DNA from: Podarcis filfolensis
Lineage: Eukaryota
Strand: one strand, 5' to 3'
DNA length: 64,000 bases
NCBI GenBank assembly: GCA_964270895.1
Contig: OZ185438.1
Position numbers and translations under genes: made by a program. Below the pieces are notes generated by a model that was not told where the DNA came from, searched no databases, and saw nothing but the letters and a program-made list of their open reading frames with translations. Shown here one piece after another: positions 51,975-63,531 of the stretch (the first letter of the stretch is position 1; every line of letters starts with the position of its first letter).

Positions 51975-52251
51975 CATGAGGAGAGGGCCTTCTCAGTGGC
52001 TGCTTTCAAACTCCCTGGAGAAGCCAGACTGGCTCCCTACTTATTGTTCTTCCTCTGATAGGATTAGGCCTTCTAGTTCCAACAGGCTTTTGAGAATTGA
52101 CTGCTTTTAATGAAATGGGTCGTGCTATACTGTTTTATTGCAATTATTTGTAGGTTTTAAACATATTTTATACACATATAAGATTTTTATTCCATTAATG
52201 TTTAATTGTTTTTAATGATTCAATGTATTTTTTCTGTTTTAAGCAAAAAAT

Positions 52252-52281
<30 letters not shown>
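51975..52281 (+). mobile_element. L2 LINE 3' region with (GAT)n tail
   Basis: GAGAGGGCCTTCTCAGTGGCTGCT...AACTCCCTGGAGAAGCCAGACTGGCTCCCT...CAGGCTTT, then a T-rich 3' UTR and about 10 GAT units. Confidence 0.7.
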
Positions 52282-52282
<1 letters not shown>

Positions 52283-52621
52283 CCTCTCTTCGGGAACCTG
52301 CAGACTCATTTGTTGATGTTAAGCCATAGTTCTGCTTAGTGTTCTATGTGAACTGACCCATTTTCTTGTATCATGCTGGCCAGAGCAGTTGGGAACCACT
52401 GTGTGACTTGGCAGCCACCTCTTACATGATTGTGCCGTTCTTCATATGCTGTTTTGTAAATTCAGCATTTGTATACACTATCATCTTTTCAACTTTTGTC
52501 AGAATTTCCTTGCAACCCTTCACTGTGACTTAAGCAGTGAAAATACTCTGTGGATTTTCACCCACGAATCAACACAATAAAAAGAAGTGACAGCTTTATT
52601 AAGCATATTACATATTGAACA

Positions 52622-52770
52622 GCCTTAAACTGAATCGGACCACTGGACCATGTACTCCTATACTATCTAGTTCAGCAAGCAGCAGCTCTCCAAAGTCTCA
52701 TGCAAAAGTCTTTTTCAGCTCTGTTACATGAAAATGTTTTAAATGGAGATGCCTAGCACCAAGTTTTGAG
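52622..52770 (-). mobile_element. tRNA-derived squamate SINE body, decayed
   Basis: GCCTTAAACTGAATCGGACCACTGGACCAT...GCAGCAGCTCTCCA...GGAGATGCC. Confidence 0.55.
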
Positions 52771-53848
52771 CTGTTGCTTATGAGACAACAGCAGATGAGT
52801 CTGTGCAGCCTTTTATAAGCATATACGAGTCTCCAAATTTTAACTTCCTTGCGAACAGGCTCTTTATCCTTTTACAAATCACATAGGTTTACAGAATATT
52901 GATAGGTATGTCAGTGCCCAGCCTTCTGCTCAAGATTTTGGATGCAACCGCACACACTTCCATTGATCTTCACAGACAGTACAAGGATGTGCAACTCCAG
53001 GGCACCTAACAAAAGAACACAGCTGCTTGGCACACACGTCTCTCTGCAGGTTGGACTTCAGATACTGTATTAATCCCCAGGCCTTCTTTGGGAAATGAAA
53101 GTCCTTGACTCAGGCACGAATGTTACTGGCAAAGTTCCCATTACTGTAAAACAGCCTACCAGTAACCACCCCACGCTCTCATGTATGCATGTCTTAGCTC
53201 ACTCTCTGCATCCTCCTAAGGTCATTACACCATAATTCAATACCTCATTTCCTTTTCAGGGTATGCACAGGTCCAAAAATAGTGCTAAAGTTTCACTTTG
53301 AGACACATCTGGACAATGCAGAACCTGAATGAGAAATACCAAGTAGAAACTTTTGATGATATGCTTGTTTTCCAGGTCTGTAACAGCAACAGGGCTGTTG
53401 TCAGCCCCTGGCACCCTTGGGCAGTTGCCAGGGCCCATGCTGATACCTGGCTTTACCCCCTCTAACTTTTTCCAGGCTGGCACTCACAGCAACTTGAGGC
53501 AGCTGAATCCGGCTTCTTTTTACTTTCCTATAAAGCCCCCATCTTGTGTCACTCAGAGGTCACATTGCCTAGGACTCCCTAAAGCCTGGATTCGTCCCTA
53601 AACAGCAGGCTAGCATGCCGATCTGGTCTTCAGATGCTTCACCTACCACTGAGCATATCAAATAATAGGTGAGCACTGTAACATGCATTTACAAGTGACA
53701 GTCTTTCTGGTAGTAATGGTTTTAGGATGTTGTGTGCACATGAAAAGTAAAGAAGATATAGCCTTCTCTGCCATCAAACATGAAAGTAGAAGACTAATAA
53801 GTGACACTGCCTTGAACTGGATGTCCAGACTCTTCCAGCTACTCCCAT

Positions 53849-54356
53849 TAGGGGCGAAGGAAGGCGTCATGACAGCCAGGGCAGGCGTCACTACGTAGGG
53901 CGCATGTGCGGCATTGCTACGTATGACACATGCTCCATACGTAGCGACACCGCACATGCGCTGTATAGCAGTTTGCCACCGGCACTGCTCCAGCGCCGTA
54001 CGGGCGGTGCCGGGATCCCTCCGGTGCCGCTACAGCCACAAACGAAGGATCCCAGCACTGTCCATATGATGTTGGACTGGCACTGGCAGCAAACCGCTAT
54101 ACAGAGCATGTGCAGTGTCGCTACGTACAGCACATGCATGCGACGCCGCACATGTACCATACTTAGTGGTTTGCTGCTGGCGCCAGGATCCTCTGTTCGC
54201 AGCTGCAGCCGCGAACGGAGGATCCTCCGAAGGTGGCTGTGGCAGCGCGATGGCTGTTCATGCCCCCGCGAGCCCCCGTGGGGTGACTTCTTGTCACTCC
54301 TGCAGACATGGAACCCGGGGCGTACCACCCCCCACACCCCTGTTGTGACGCCACTG
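53849..54356. mobile_element. GC/CpG-rich hAT-like non-autonomous element (508 bp) with multiple internal palindromes
   Basis: Flanks ACTCCCAT (53841-53848) and GCTCCCAT (54357-54364) form a 7/8 TSD. Termini TAGGGGCG / CGCCACTG form an imperfect TIR (6/8). An 8-bp TSD is characteristic of hAT elements. Confidence 0.7.
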
Positions 54357-56615
54357 GCTCCCATGACTCACCTTGGGGTAACCAGTGGGTATGCATCCCT
54401 GGTGCAGTGCGTGAAGGTCCCTGACAATCCTTAGTAGTCTCCCTTCCAAGTGAAACAGATTGTGCAAAACCGAATGAAGTCTCTAAATGTGATTTTCATC
54501 AATTGGCTGCTTGGCTTTAAAACCACAAGCGGGCTGCTACCAGTGACCACAATCTGCTTAACGGCTCTTTCGGGATGGGGGAGAAGGTTGAATTCACTTC
54601 CATCAGTTTTGCAGTACAGACAGATTATGGCACACAATCTTCCACGAGGTTTATATTATGTCACTTTGCTGGCTGCTCTGAAGTAAAGATTGGCGTTCAG
54701 GGTACTCGCCTCTATCTCTAATACTAGATCTCATAAACTGAGTAGTGGATTGAGGCTGTCTTGCAGGACCCTCTGGTAGGATTTGAGAAACACTATTTTT
54801 TAAAAAATATACAGTAGGACATGACTAGTATTTTAATGAATAACTGGTTATGAGACATTATTAGCAATAATTAGGGGGGAGTGGTTAAATTTGAGAGAAA
54901 TATGAGGCAACACAGATACTAAAAGAAAATGAAGCCCTGGGTCTAGATGTTCCAACTCTTGAATGCTGTAAAGTATTTGTAAAATAGAAGGCATTGCATA
55001 ACTGATTGTGTTCTAATATGAAACACACAGAGTTAATTTTAACTACCTTCTTTCATTTATTACATTTCAGATTTGAACATTATGGCTTTGCTTTTATTTA
55101 AAAAATCAATAGAGAAACTCAACAAATTTTTAAATGAAAGTTGAATTAACCTGCTTTATTTCACTATAACTATTTGAAACACCAATGAGTAAATGCTGGC
55201 TGCACCTTTCTTCTATGGTTTTAGCTTGCATCAGTAGCCACAAGTTAAATGTGCTGAAAACTCTTTCAGTGCCACAATTTCAAACATTGGTTGTATTCTA
55301 TACTATATTAAAACCATAGACAAGAAGAAGCTAACCACTGTGGGACTGTATTATTAATACTCTGTATAACTCAGTCTTCTGTAAGCTACCTATGATAGTC
55401 AGAGAAAGGTCACAGTTAATGCTCCTAGAATTCATGGTTCTGTAGACAAGAGCTTTTACCTTGAGACACCAACCCTAACATTGTCTCTGAATCTAGATTA
55501 CATGTCAGGCAGACAGCAGTTTTAGGTGAGCCCTCTTTAGCCATTTTAAATTCTTCACTTCCATGCAAACAGTGCAAACTGAACAGAGGAAGCCATCTTT
55601 AGCAGCCAGTGGCCCCTGCATAACCCCTTCTGAGTTTGGGTGCTGATGGGGGATGTATGTTCATAGTGCAACAAAGATCAGGTGGAGGCTGAGTTTATCT
55701 GAGCCAGGACTTCAATACAAGACTTCAATATGAGGCTGCAAATGGTTAGTGCCATTTGCAATATGGCAGCGGGTGTGCGTAAAAGGCCTGAGACATTTAT
55801 GCAAATTGCAGCAGCTGTGTTTACAGTATCCACACAATTCTGTAGTGCCCATGCACACTCTCAGAAGCAGACACATGAGATGTTTCTGGCCCAGGGCATG
55901 CGTGCTAGAATCCTTTTTACAGAACTGGCCAGTGGCCACAAATCCTAAATGGGTATAGAGTAGGCTGGGAGGCAGACCTATCCTTTGCAGAATTGCTTCA
56001 TTTAAAGTCCTTTCCCTGTTATGATGTGTCCTAAATTCTTTTGGGGTCTAATTTCCTACTGAAAGAAATGCAAGAGAGAAGCTAGCATCTTGTGTTTGTT
56101 GCAGCCACATCTCAAGTGAATGTTAAGGCCTGACAGTCCAACAAAATGACCCACTTCTTGCAGACTCAGACAGAAAGGCTCCGCTTAGGCCCTAGGAAAG
56201 TGTCTCTAATAAGGCAATTCGTTAGTTGTGTCGGCTGGGCCCCTCTCAGCTATCCTTCATTCCTTCTCTCCCTCCCTCAAGCTAGTCATTAATGCAGCAG
56301 GAACAGAGGAAAATGAAGCCGTTGGGTTCGGTATATATTACTGAGCTCTGCGTAGTGTGTATAAGACCATTATTTAGACACCCAAGTCCCCAGTGTGTTT
56401 TGATCACACCAGTCCAGCAGGAAGAGCTGTCTAATGGCTTGGTAGCTGGAATACATGTGTGTGCACACTCTCGCTTCAGGAGTGCCTTTTACCAGCTTCA
56501 TCAGTTGCTCCAGCTGCACCCCTTCTTGGAAAATAAGGACACAACTACTGTTTGCTTGCTCTGGTAACTTCTCAGTTTGACTATTGTATGTGCCGCTGCA
56601 TATACCCTCCAACAG

Positions 56616-56661
56616 GTCAAGGAGAAAACGGGGACCCACCTTTTCCAGGACGCGCTCCCAT
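56616..56661 (+). other. Candidate 46-nt internal exon of an unidentified transcript
   Basis: Acceptor CCCTCCAACAG and consensus donor GTGAGT. All three frames are open and CpGs are retained. I recognise no protein. Confidence 0.2.
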
Positions 56662-57752
56662 GTGAGTCATGTTACCCGTGCCAGAGCACGGGTCCCCAAA
56701 ATGGGATGTCATGATAGGACAGTTGAGGGAAATGCAATTATCTTTGAAGGTGCTCTGGCCAAAATGTGATTGTATGATTTCTAGCTAAAACAACTTCAAT
56801 AAAATTAGTTTTGGGGCTCAAAGCAAAGTGCTATTTTAACCGTTAAAGGTCTATGTTGTCATGGTAGGGGCTTCTTTCATATGTAACTCCCTGGGTTCTG
56901 AGATCAAGAAACTAGGACTTCTGGCAGATGCTTCCACCGTGTCAAGAACTGCTGGCCTCTGTCTGCTGATATGAGCCTTGCCGTTGCAGCTTCTCAGTAA
57001 AGTGTTAAGGACTGGGGACCATTTCCCCATGTGGTGAGCAGTGCCACTGAAAAAACTCAGGGAACTTCCTCCTTCTTGAGCAGTAAAGAGCATTAGGGGG
57101 ATTCCTGTCTCGGTGGTGCTTTGATTAGACAGCAAAACCTACCTGACCACTTGTGTTGTCATTTCTGGCTCCTGGCTTGTTTGACTGGCCTGCCTTCTGG
57201 ATTTCCCTTCTGTGCTCTGGGCCCACAGCCCAGCTCTGACACACAGCCTGACCAAAGATTGGTTTTCAGCAAAAATAGGGCTGCTTCTCTGTGGTGCTCC
57301 TTTGAATTCCCTCTGTATATATACTTACTCGTTTTGCATGGCTGGTCCTTTCAGAAAGGCTTTCTTATTTAGATAATACTTTGTCACGATTTGTTGTTAA
57401 TTATCTTGCAGTATTTAAATGTTTTTTGTTTGTTCTGTGTTATTGTCCTCTTATTGATTTCAGAGCCTGTTTAAAAAAGGGGATATAATTTTTTTTAAAT
57501 TAAGTAAAAGAGAGAGAGTGGGGAATAAACAAGATGGAAGAAAGCTTTATGCCCATTCTAGAGAAGCAGGGCATATGTTATTTAGATAAGCCTTCTCAGT
57601 GCTCTCTATATGCTTTGGACTACATCTATCATCCCATGCAAGCTGGGTTGCTAAAACAGCTGGAGGGTAGAAAACTGTAGAAGGCTGGGTGAACCCCACT
57701 TTTCATATCAGGAACTGGGGAGAGGTTGGGTGAAGCCAACTCTTTCTCTCAG

Positions 57753-57780
57753 AACTCAATTCTACCCTAAGGTCCATCAG
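57753..57780 (+). other. Candidate 28-nt micro-exon
   Basis: Acceptor CTCTTTCTCTCAG and donor CAG|GTAAGG. I recognise no protein. Confidence 0.2.
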
Positions 57781-58051
57781 GTAAGGTCAGGGGGAAGATG
57801 TCCTCCTCCTCTTCCTTTGCTCCTGCTGATACTGAAGCACCCTGGCTTTCAGGTCTACAATTCACAAAGCCTGGTTCCAGCCCCCAAGACTCCCTGGAGA
57901 GAGCATTTCACAACCAGTACACCACCGCTGAGTAGACCCACCATACCTCAGATGATGAGTCCACCTAGAACAAGTATTCTGATAAAGATATCAAAAGAAT
58001 TAGGGCAGGAAGGACTGGTCTCAGTCTCATTTAGCTTCAGGCATAAAGAAA

Positions 58052-58233
58052 GGGACTGTAGCTCAATGGTAGAGCATCTGCTTTGCATGCAGTTCAACCT
58101 CTGGCATCTCCAGGTGGGACAGTGTAAGAACCCGCCAGAAACCCTGTGGAGAGCTGCATGTCAATTTAGGCAATAGTGAACTACATGGACCAGTGATCTG
58201 AGTCAGTATAAGGCAGCTTCCTCTATTCCTATG
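58052..58233 (+). mobile_element. tRNA-derived squamate SINE, near full length
   Basis: GGGACTGTAGCTCAATGGTAGAGCATCTGCTTTGCATGCAG...GGCATCTCCAGGT...GAGTCAGTATAAGGCAGCTTCCTCTATTCCTATG. Confidence 0.85.
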
Positions 58234-58740
58234 TCTGATTTAGCTTCAGGTGTTACATGCCAAGTTCATGTAAGCAAGTCAAACTGATGCTTCCTGCCTT
58301 CACTCTGGCTTTGTCTTGATATATTTTGGGCAAAACAAACAAAAAATATGGCACCCAGGAGCAAGCAGAAGCACAATTAGTTCATGCTGTTTGCATCCTC
58401 ACCCCCAAGTGCTGTAATTCTTCTCCAGCTTTGTAGCCTAACAGCAGCATGATGAGTGGAAGGGCAGAATTTCAGCTATTTTAGAGGCTGCCCTAGAGAT
58501 CAACCTAGCATGCACAAACTCACCTTAAAATGTACTATCCAATATTGTCTTTGCTTTAAGGCATACAATTGGCAGCAATGTAAGCTTTTCTTTTTTCTTT
58601 TAAAGTCTTGCTACATTAAAGAGGGGCAGGCAGGTGTGTTAGGAGTTTACAATGTGTGAGGAGAGGAGGCTTAACCCTTACCTTCCCAATAGCAATTCCT
58701 CCAATCAAAAATGACCCTCTGTGCTGCAATTAAGCTTTCT

Positions 58741-58800
<60 letters not shown>
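58741..58800. repeat. (AAC)20 microsatellite
   Basis: 20 perfect units. Confidence 0.98.
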
Positions 58801-58801
<1 letters not shown>

Positions 58802-60499
58802 TACAATGGTACTGCTTTTTAAGCCAAATTTCTGTGTGACTGTGATTTTCATGGTAAGCACAGTTTGCAGAAAGCTGCAACATCCCCTCCCCAAATCATC
58901 CCTGTGCCACAATTAGACTTGAAAACATGCTTCCATTAGTACCAGTGAAATATATTTACGGTATATATTAAAAGCCTAATTTCTGAGCAGGGCATAAGAA
59001 CGGGGGGGGGGGGGGAGCTGTGGGCTGAATGAGGAAGTCCCACATCCAGCCTGAGGGCCAGATGTTCTCCACCCTGCTTTTTAAAGTCTCATTACTCCAC
59101 ACTTTCTTTCTCATAACCATTTTATTTGTTTCCTCTTTGCTTTTGGCTGTGACTGGAAATTAATTTATTCACTTTCCAACTCTTATTGAATTATACACTT
59201 AGTGTATAAGCATTTGAGAGACATTTTCCAAGATTATAAGTCAAATAAAGTTGTGTGGCGCAATGCTCCAGGGAAGCATTGAACCAGTGCTCATGAAGGA
59301 TGGGGAAAAATTTACCTCACATATCAACGTGAGCTAAGCTGAGGAAAGTGCAGACTGATAAATCCCTTTTATCGGCTGCACTAGCGTGTGGAGGTGGAGG
59401 ATTTTTAAAGTCTGGCCATTCTCCTCAGTGTCAAACCCAAGGGCGACATTTGAAATTCTCTGGTGACAGGGAAAGACAGAGACGGAGAACTGTGGCCATG
59501 TGTTATCAACCCAGAGGACATGACTGAAGTAGGAAAGACAAAAGATCAAAATGCCGGTGGAGCTTCCTAAATAATTCAAAGAGAAACAAATGCCTCACAA
59601 AACTGGTCGAAAACAATGCTAGGCAGAAATGCGTGAAATGGAACTCTGAGACTATCACAGCTTACTGCTTCAAACAGCCCCTGGCACTTTCACCACCATC
59701 CTTCCACAGTGTGCAATCTCCATCTGGGTGCTGGTACCCAAAAGCTGTTCCAATATTTCTGTGTTGCCCCTTGCACCCAGGCAGCTGTTCTACAGGGTTT
59801 GGTTTTTTTGCCTCATAAACAGCAGAATTCAGCTTGATTTCCCCTATAGATAACAGAATGATGGAGGCCGACAGCTTTGCAGTGCAGTTTTTATTACAAA
59901 CTGTTGAAGTGTGTATGCATACAATGTTTTTCCCCTTCATCCAATCTGTCCCCACTGTGTACACCAGTTATAGCTGGCTCATTTTTCCGGCTAAATTTGG
60001 TTTTCATAATCCTTTGTTCTTGTTAGCCCTGAAAAAAAATATATCAGCAGTTCTCTAGAAAGGGATTTGGAGCTGTACTGCCTGATTAATTAACTACAGA
60101 ATTGTTAATTAAATTCTAGTTATTGATCAAGAAGTAGGAAGGAACCCAGCTTGACTCTTAGGGCCAAGCCATACATAATGCAAGAGATCTGTTCTTGGAT
60201 CTCCCACTGTTTTGGAATCTCTCTCTCTCTCTTTGTCTTTTACTTTGAAACAAGGCAGAGGACTCAAAATATGACCGAGGCAATGATAGTAGGGTAGAGA
60301 GGAGTGCTTAGCCATCACTTGAAGCTTATAGTAGCTCTTTATGAAGCTGAAGTTGATGCACCTTTGCACGTGTGCCCGGCCTGGCGAAACAACAGTTTGG
60401 GAGTAGGGATGGGTGAATCTGTCAATTACAGTGTCTCATTTTCCAACTCTTCCATCAGTTCTCCACATTTCCAAATCATTTGTGATTAAGATAATAATA

Positions 60500-60812
60500 A
60501 TAATACATGAAAATTCAGCAGGATTTTAGTGTGACTTTCTCCTAATATGCATATATTTGTATGCAACTTTGCCTATGTGAAATTGCCTATGCATATGTGC
60601 AGAGTAATTTCTTCTTATGCAATGAATCTTTGAATGCTACTTTTGTGTACACCTTAGCATGTGCATTTTTTTTGCATACATGGCAGGAGAACTTCATTGC
60701 AAAATTCAGTGTGAATTTTGATATGGTTTGGTTTGGTTTGGTTATTCTTTTTGAAAGTGCAGATCAGGTAGGTTCACCTATAATTGCAAAGTGAACCAAA
60801 TATCTCCACATT
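60500..60812 (-). mobile_element. AT-rich DNA-transposon-like repeat, copy 4
   Basis: GAGAACTTCATTGCAAAATTCAG is the reverse-complement counterpart of CTGAATTTTGCAATGCAGTTCT in the 18947 copy. Confidence 0.55.
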
Positions 60813-61084
60813 CCTATTTGGTAGTGAAATTTGTATTAGCAAAATGCCACGAGTAAAAGTTATCCAGCGCCCTACATAATAGTGTCACTGCTCAAATCAA
60901 GTTTAGAACTCTCTGTGCCTGTTAGGTATGATGTGCATTTGCAAAAGGACAATCCAATCACATATCCCATTTGGTCTGGTTTCAGTAACCATGGTAAGTT
61001 TAAAACTTTATCTGCTGTATCGTCTTGCAAATTGATCCAGTAATGTTGGAGTCAAAATATGATGATAAATATCAGACTCAACAG

Positions 61085-61217
61085 CAGGGGGTCACCAGAA
61101 TGATGCATTCTCAGAGAGTGTTGCACTACAACTCTCATGACCATTGGCCATGCCAGCTAAGGCTGACAGAAATTGAAATACAGCAACATCTGGAGGGCAC
61201 TACATTGGCTCCCCTTG
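61085..61217. mobile_element. Palindromic hAT-type MITE (older, decayed)
   Basis: CAGGGGGTCACC...ACTACAACTCTCATGACC...CAGCAACATCTGGAGGGC...GGCTCCCCTTG. Confidence 0.7.
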
Positions 61218-61225
61218 CTCTAGAT

Positions 61226-61362
61226 AGCTGTTCTCAACCTGTGGGTCCCCAGATGTTGTTGGACCACAACTCCCATCATCCCTGAGCTCTGGCCTTGCTA
61301 GCTAGGGATGATGGGAGTTGTAGTCCAACAATATCTGGGGACCCACAGGTTGAGAACCGCTG
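61226..61362. mobile_element. Palindromic hAT-type MITE (young)
   Basis: The 54-bp arms 61230-61283 and 61304-61357 are 52/54 reverse-complement identical. It ends GAGAACCGCTG and is flanked by CTCTAGA on both sides. Confidence 0.88.
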
Positions 61363-61370
61363 CTCTAGAG

Positions 61371-61622
61371 CATGGGTAGGCAAACTATGGCCCGGGGGCC
61401 GGATCCGGACCAATCACTTTCTAAATTCGGCCTGTGGACGGTCTGGGAATCAGCATGTTTTTACGTGAGTAAAATGTGTGCTTTTATTTAAAATGCATCT
61501 CTGGGTTATTTGTGGGGCGTAGGAATTCGTTCATTTTTCTCTCTCCAAAATATAATCTGGCCTCCCACCAGGTCTGAGGAACAGTGGACCGGCCCCCTGC
61601 TGAAAAAGTTTGCTGACCCCTG
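61371..61622 (-). mobile_element. hAT-type MITE, same family as 10965-11219
   Basis: CATGGGTAGGCAAAC...GTTTGCTGACCCCTG, with TSD CTCTAGAG / CTCTAGAT (7/8). Confidence 0.9.
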
Positions 61623-62106
61623 CTCTAGATGTAAAACTAAGAAAGTAGTCAGCTTTGTGTTTCTTATTTCTTTTGCTATTACCCAGAGTCTCTGTGCCCT
61701 GACTTAGAAACTCACCAGGCAGGTCTGATATGTGCCTCCATATTTAAACATTATATAGGGATATGTCACCTGGGTGGGGAAATGCCTTTACTGAAAAACA
61801 AAGGAAGGAGCAGCAGAAGTAGGAATGAAATATATGGCCTGGGTCCCAAGATCAGTGAACACACAACCCCCCCCTAGTAAATGTGTGGGCTGGGCAACCA
61901 CACATAGCACCACAGATATCAGGGGTGGCTGTGCATTCACATCTACACTGAAGAAAGAATGAGTAAGCACACGGTCATCTATTCTGTGTGTGAGTGCCTG
62001 GGGCAACATTGCATAGGCTGCGCTGACATACCACTGGCCATACAGCCTAGTAAATCTTCTTTCCCAGCTGTGTAGGATCCACTTGGTTTGTCCACACCAG
62101 CTAACC

Positions 62107-62231
62107 CAGGGGGGTCATCCAGATATTGTTGTTCTTGAGCTCCTATCAGACCCAGCCAGTATTGTGAATAATAGCATTGATGGGAGTTGAAGTCCAGTAA
62201 CAACTGAAGGACACTATGTTGGCTGCCCCTG
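62107..62231. mobile_element. Palindromic hAT-type MITE, decayed
   Basis: CAGGGG...CCAGATATTGTTG...TGATGGGAGTTGAAGTCCA...GGCTGCCCCTG. Confidence 0.6.
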
Positions 62232-63531
62232 AGATAATTTATGGACAAGGAAGTCAAATCTGTAGCTTTCACCCAGAATGCAATGTAATCCACGCTCCCC
62301 CCCCCAGCCCCTATTTACCCTGCCACATGGCTGGACCAGGGCAATTACAATGCAATTTGGACATTAAAGCAATGGAGGTCACTCAGACCCTATCCTGCTC
62401 CCCAATCTAGTTCCCTCCCTGTCGTGTGCAGCCCTCTATTATGGGACAGCATGCATTGGAGGAGAGAATGCTTGGTCTCTGCAGGCTTCCCTATTGCGCA
62501 ATCTGATAGAAAAAAAAAATTTCTTCCTTTTATCAGCAATGAGGCTGAGGAAAAAAGGGCAGCAGGAAAATAGCATTTATTTTAACCCTTCTGATAAGAA
62601 AAAGAAAACCTCAGCCCATCTGGAAGTTTCTGCTTCTCTTTCTTTCAGATGCACAGCCAAGAACATCTTAAGGTCAGGCTGTAAATCATGTAAAACATCT
62701 TTATCTACTCAAAACTGTTCTGCTCCTTTATTCCTACACACACCACACATGCACACACACACCAAGGACTTTTTGAGATCATCAAATTCCAACACTCACG
62801 GAAGGTGGGGAGCCGGGTATTTTTATAGTCACATCACAACACATTCAGATTAGGTGATCTACAAGCAAGAAAGCCAAAGGACTGAAATGTTGCAAAACTG
62901 GAAACTGTGCCAAAACTCATGCCTCTGGATCTCTTGCTGTTCTTGACATGCACATCTCATATTCATTAAAAGGTTGGGGCACAGGCCCCCAAGAAGCACC
63001 ATGTGTGCTAGTGGCATGTGACCTTCATTTTCCTACTTCTATTGATTTGTATCCATCATTGCCTGTAAGCATATTTTGATATTCCGTTTTGCTGACTTGC
63101 TGTCACCTCTGCCAAAACAGCAGGCAAACGAAGTAAAAACAAGAACACAGGTGGTTTGACTCAGATTTGAGGTTCACTGGCTGGTTAAGCTTGATAACAG
63201 CCACATTACAGATGGGAGAATTAGACAATAGCTGTCCATGGAAGTGAGAGTGAGTTTGTGTGTATAATTCAGAGTGCCGAGCTGCCCGATCCAAGCCAAT
63301 TGTTATTGCCGCTATTCTCCCACTGCTCAGCTGAGGCATAAGAACATTGCTATGTTCCTTGTTATAACACCACTAGGCTTCTGTTCAGCAACTCCTTACC
63401 ATGGGGTCGGTTACGTGTCTAACTTTCCTATAATTCACTGATTACATGGAGCATGGTCACATGATGTGTGGTTTTTTATATTGTAATTTTATGATGTGAA
63501 CCGTCCTGAGATCTATGGGTATAGGGCAGTA

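Noticed and set aside
53378-53601. Possible exon after TGCTTGTTTTCCAG (SVTATGLLSAPGTLGQLPGP...)
   Set aside because: The acceptor is plausible but there is no strong donor and no recognisable protein, so I cannot support it.
53891-54434. Overlapping 157-176 aa ORFs on both strands
   Set aside because: They fall within the GC-rich palindromic hAT-like element, where stop codons are depleted by composition. There are no transposase motifs.
57730-58176. 148-aa ORF
   Set aside because: Its 3' third is the tRNA-SINE at 58052, and the remainder has no recognisable homology.
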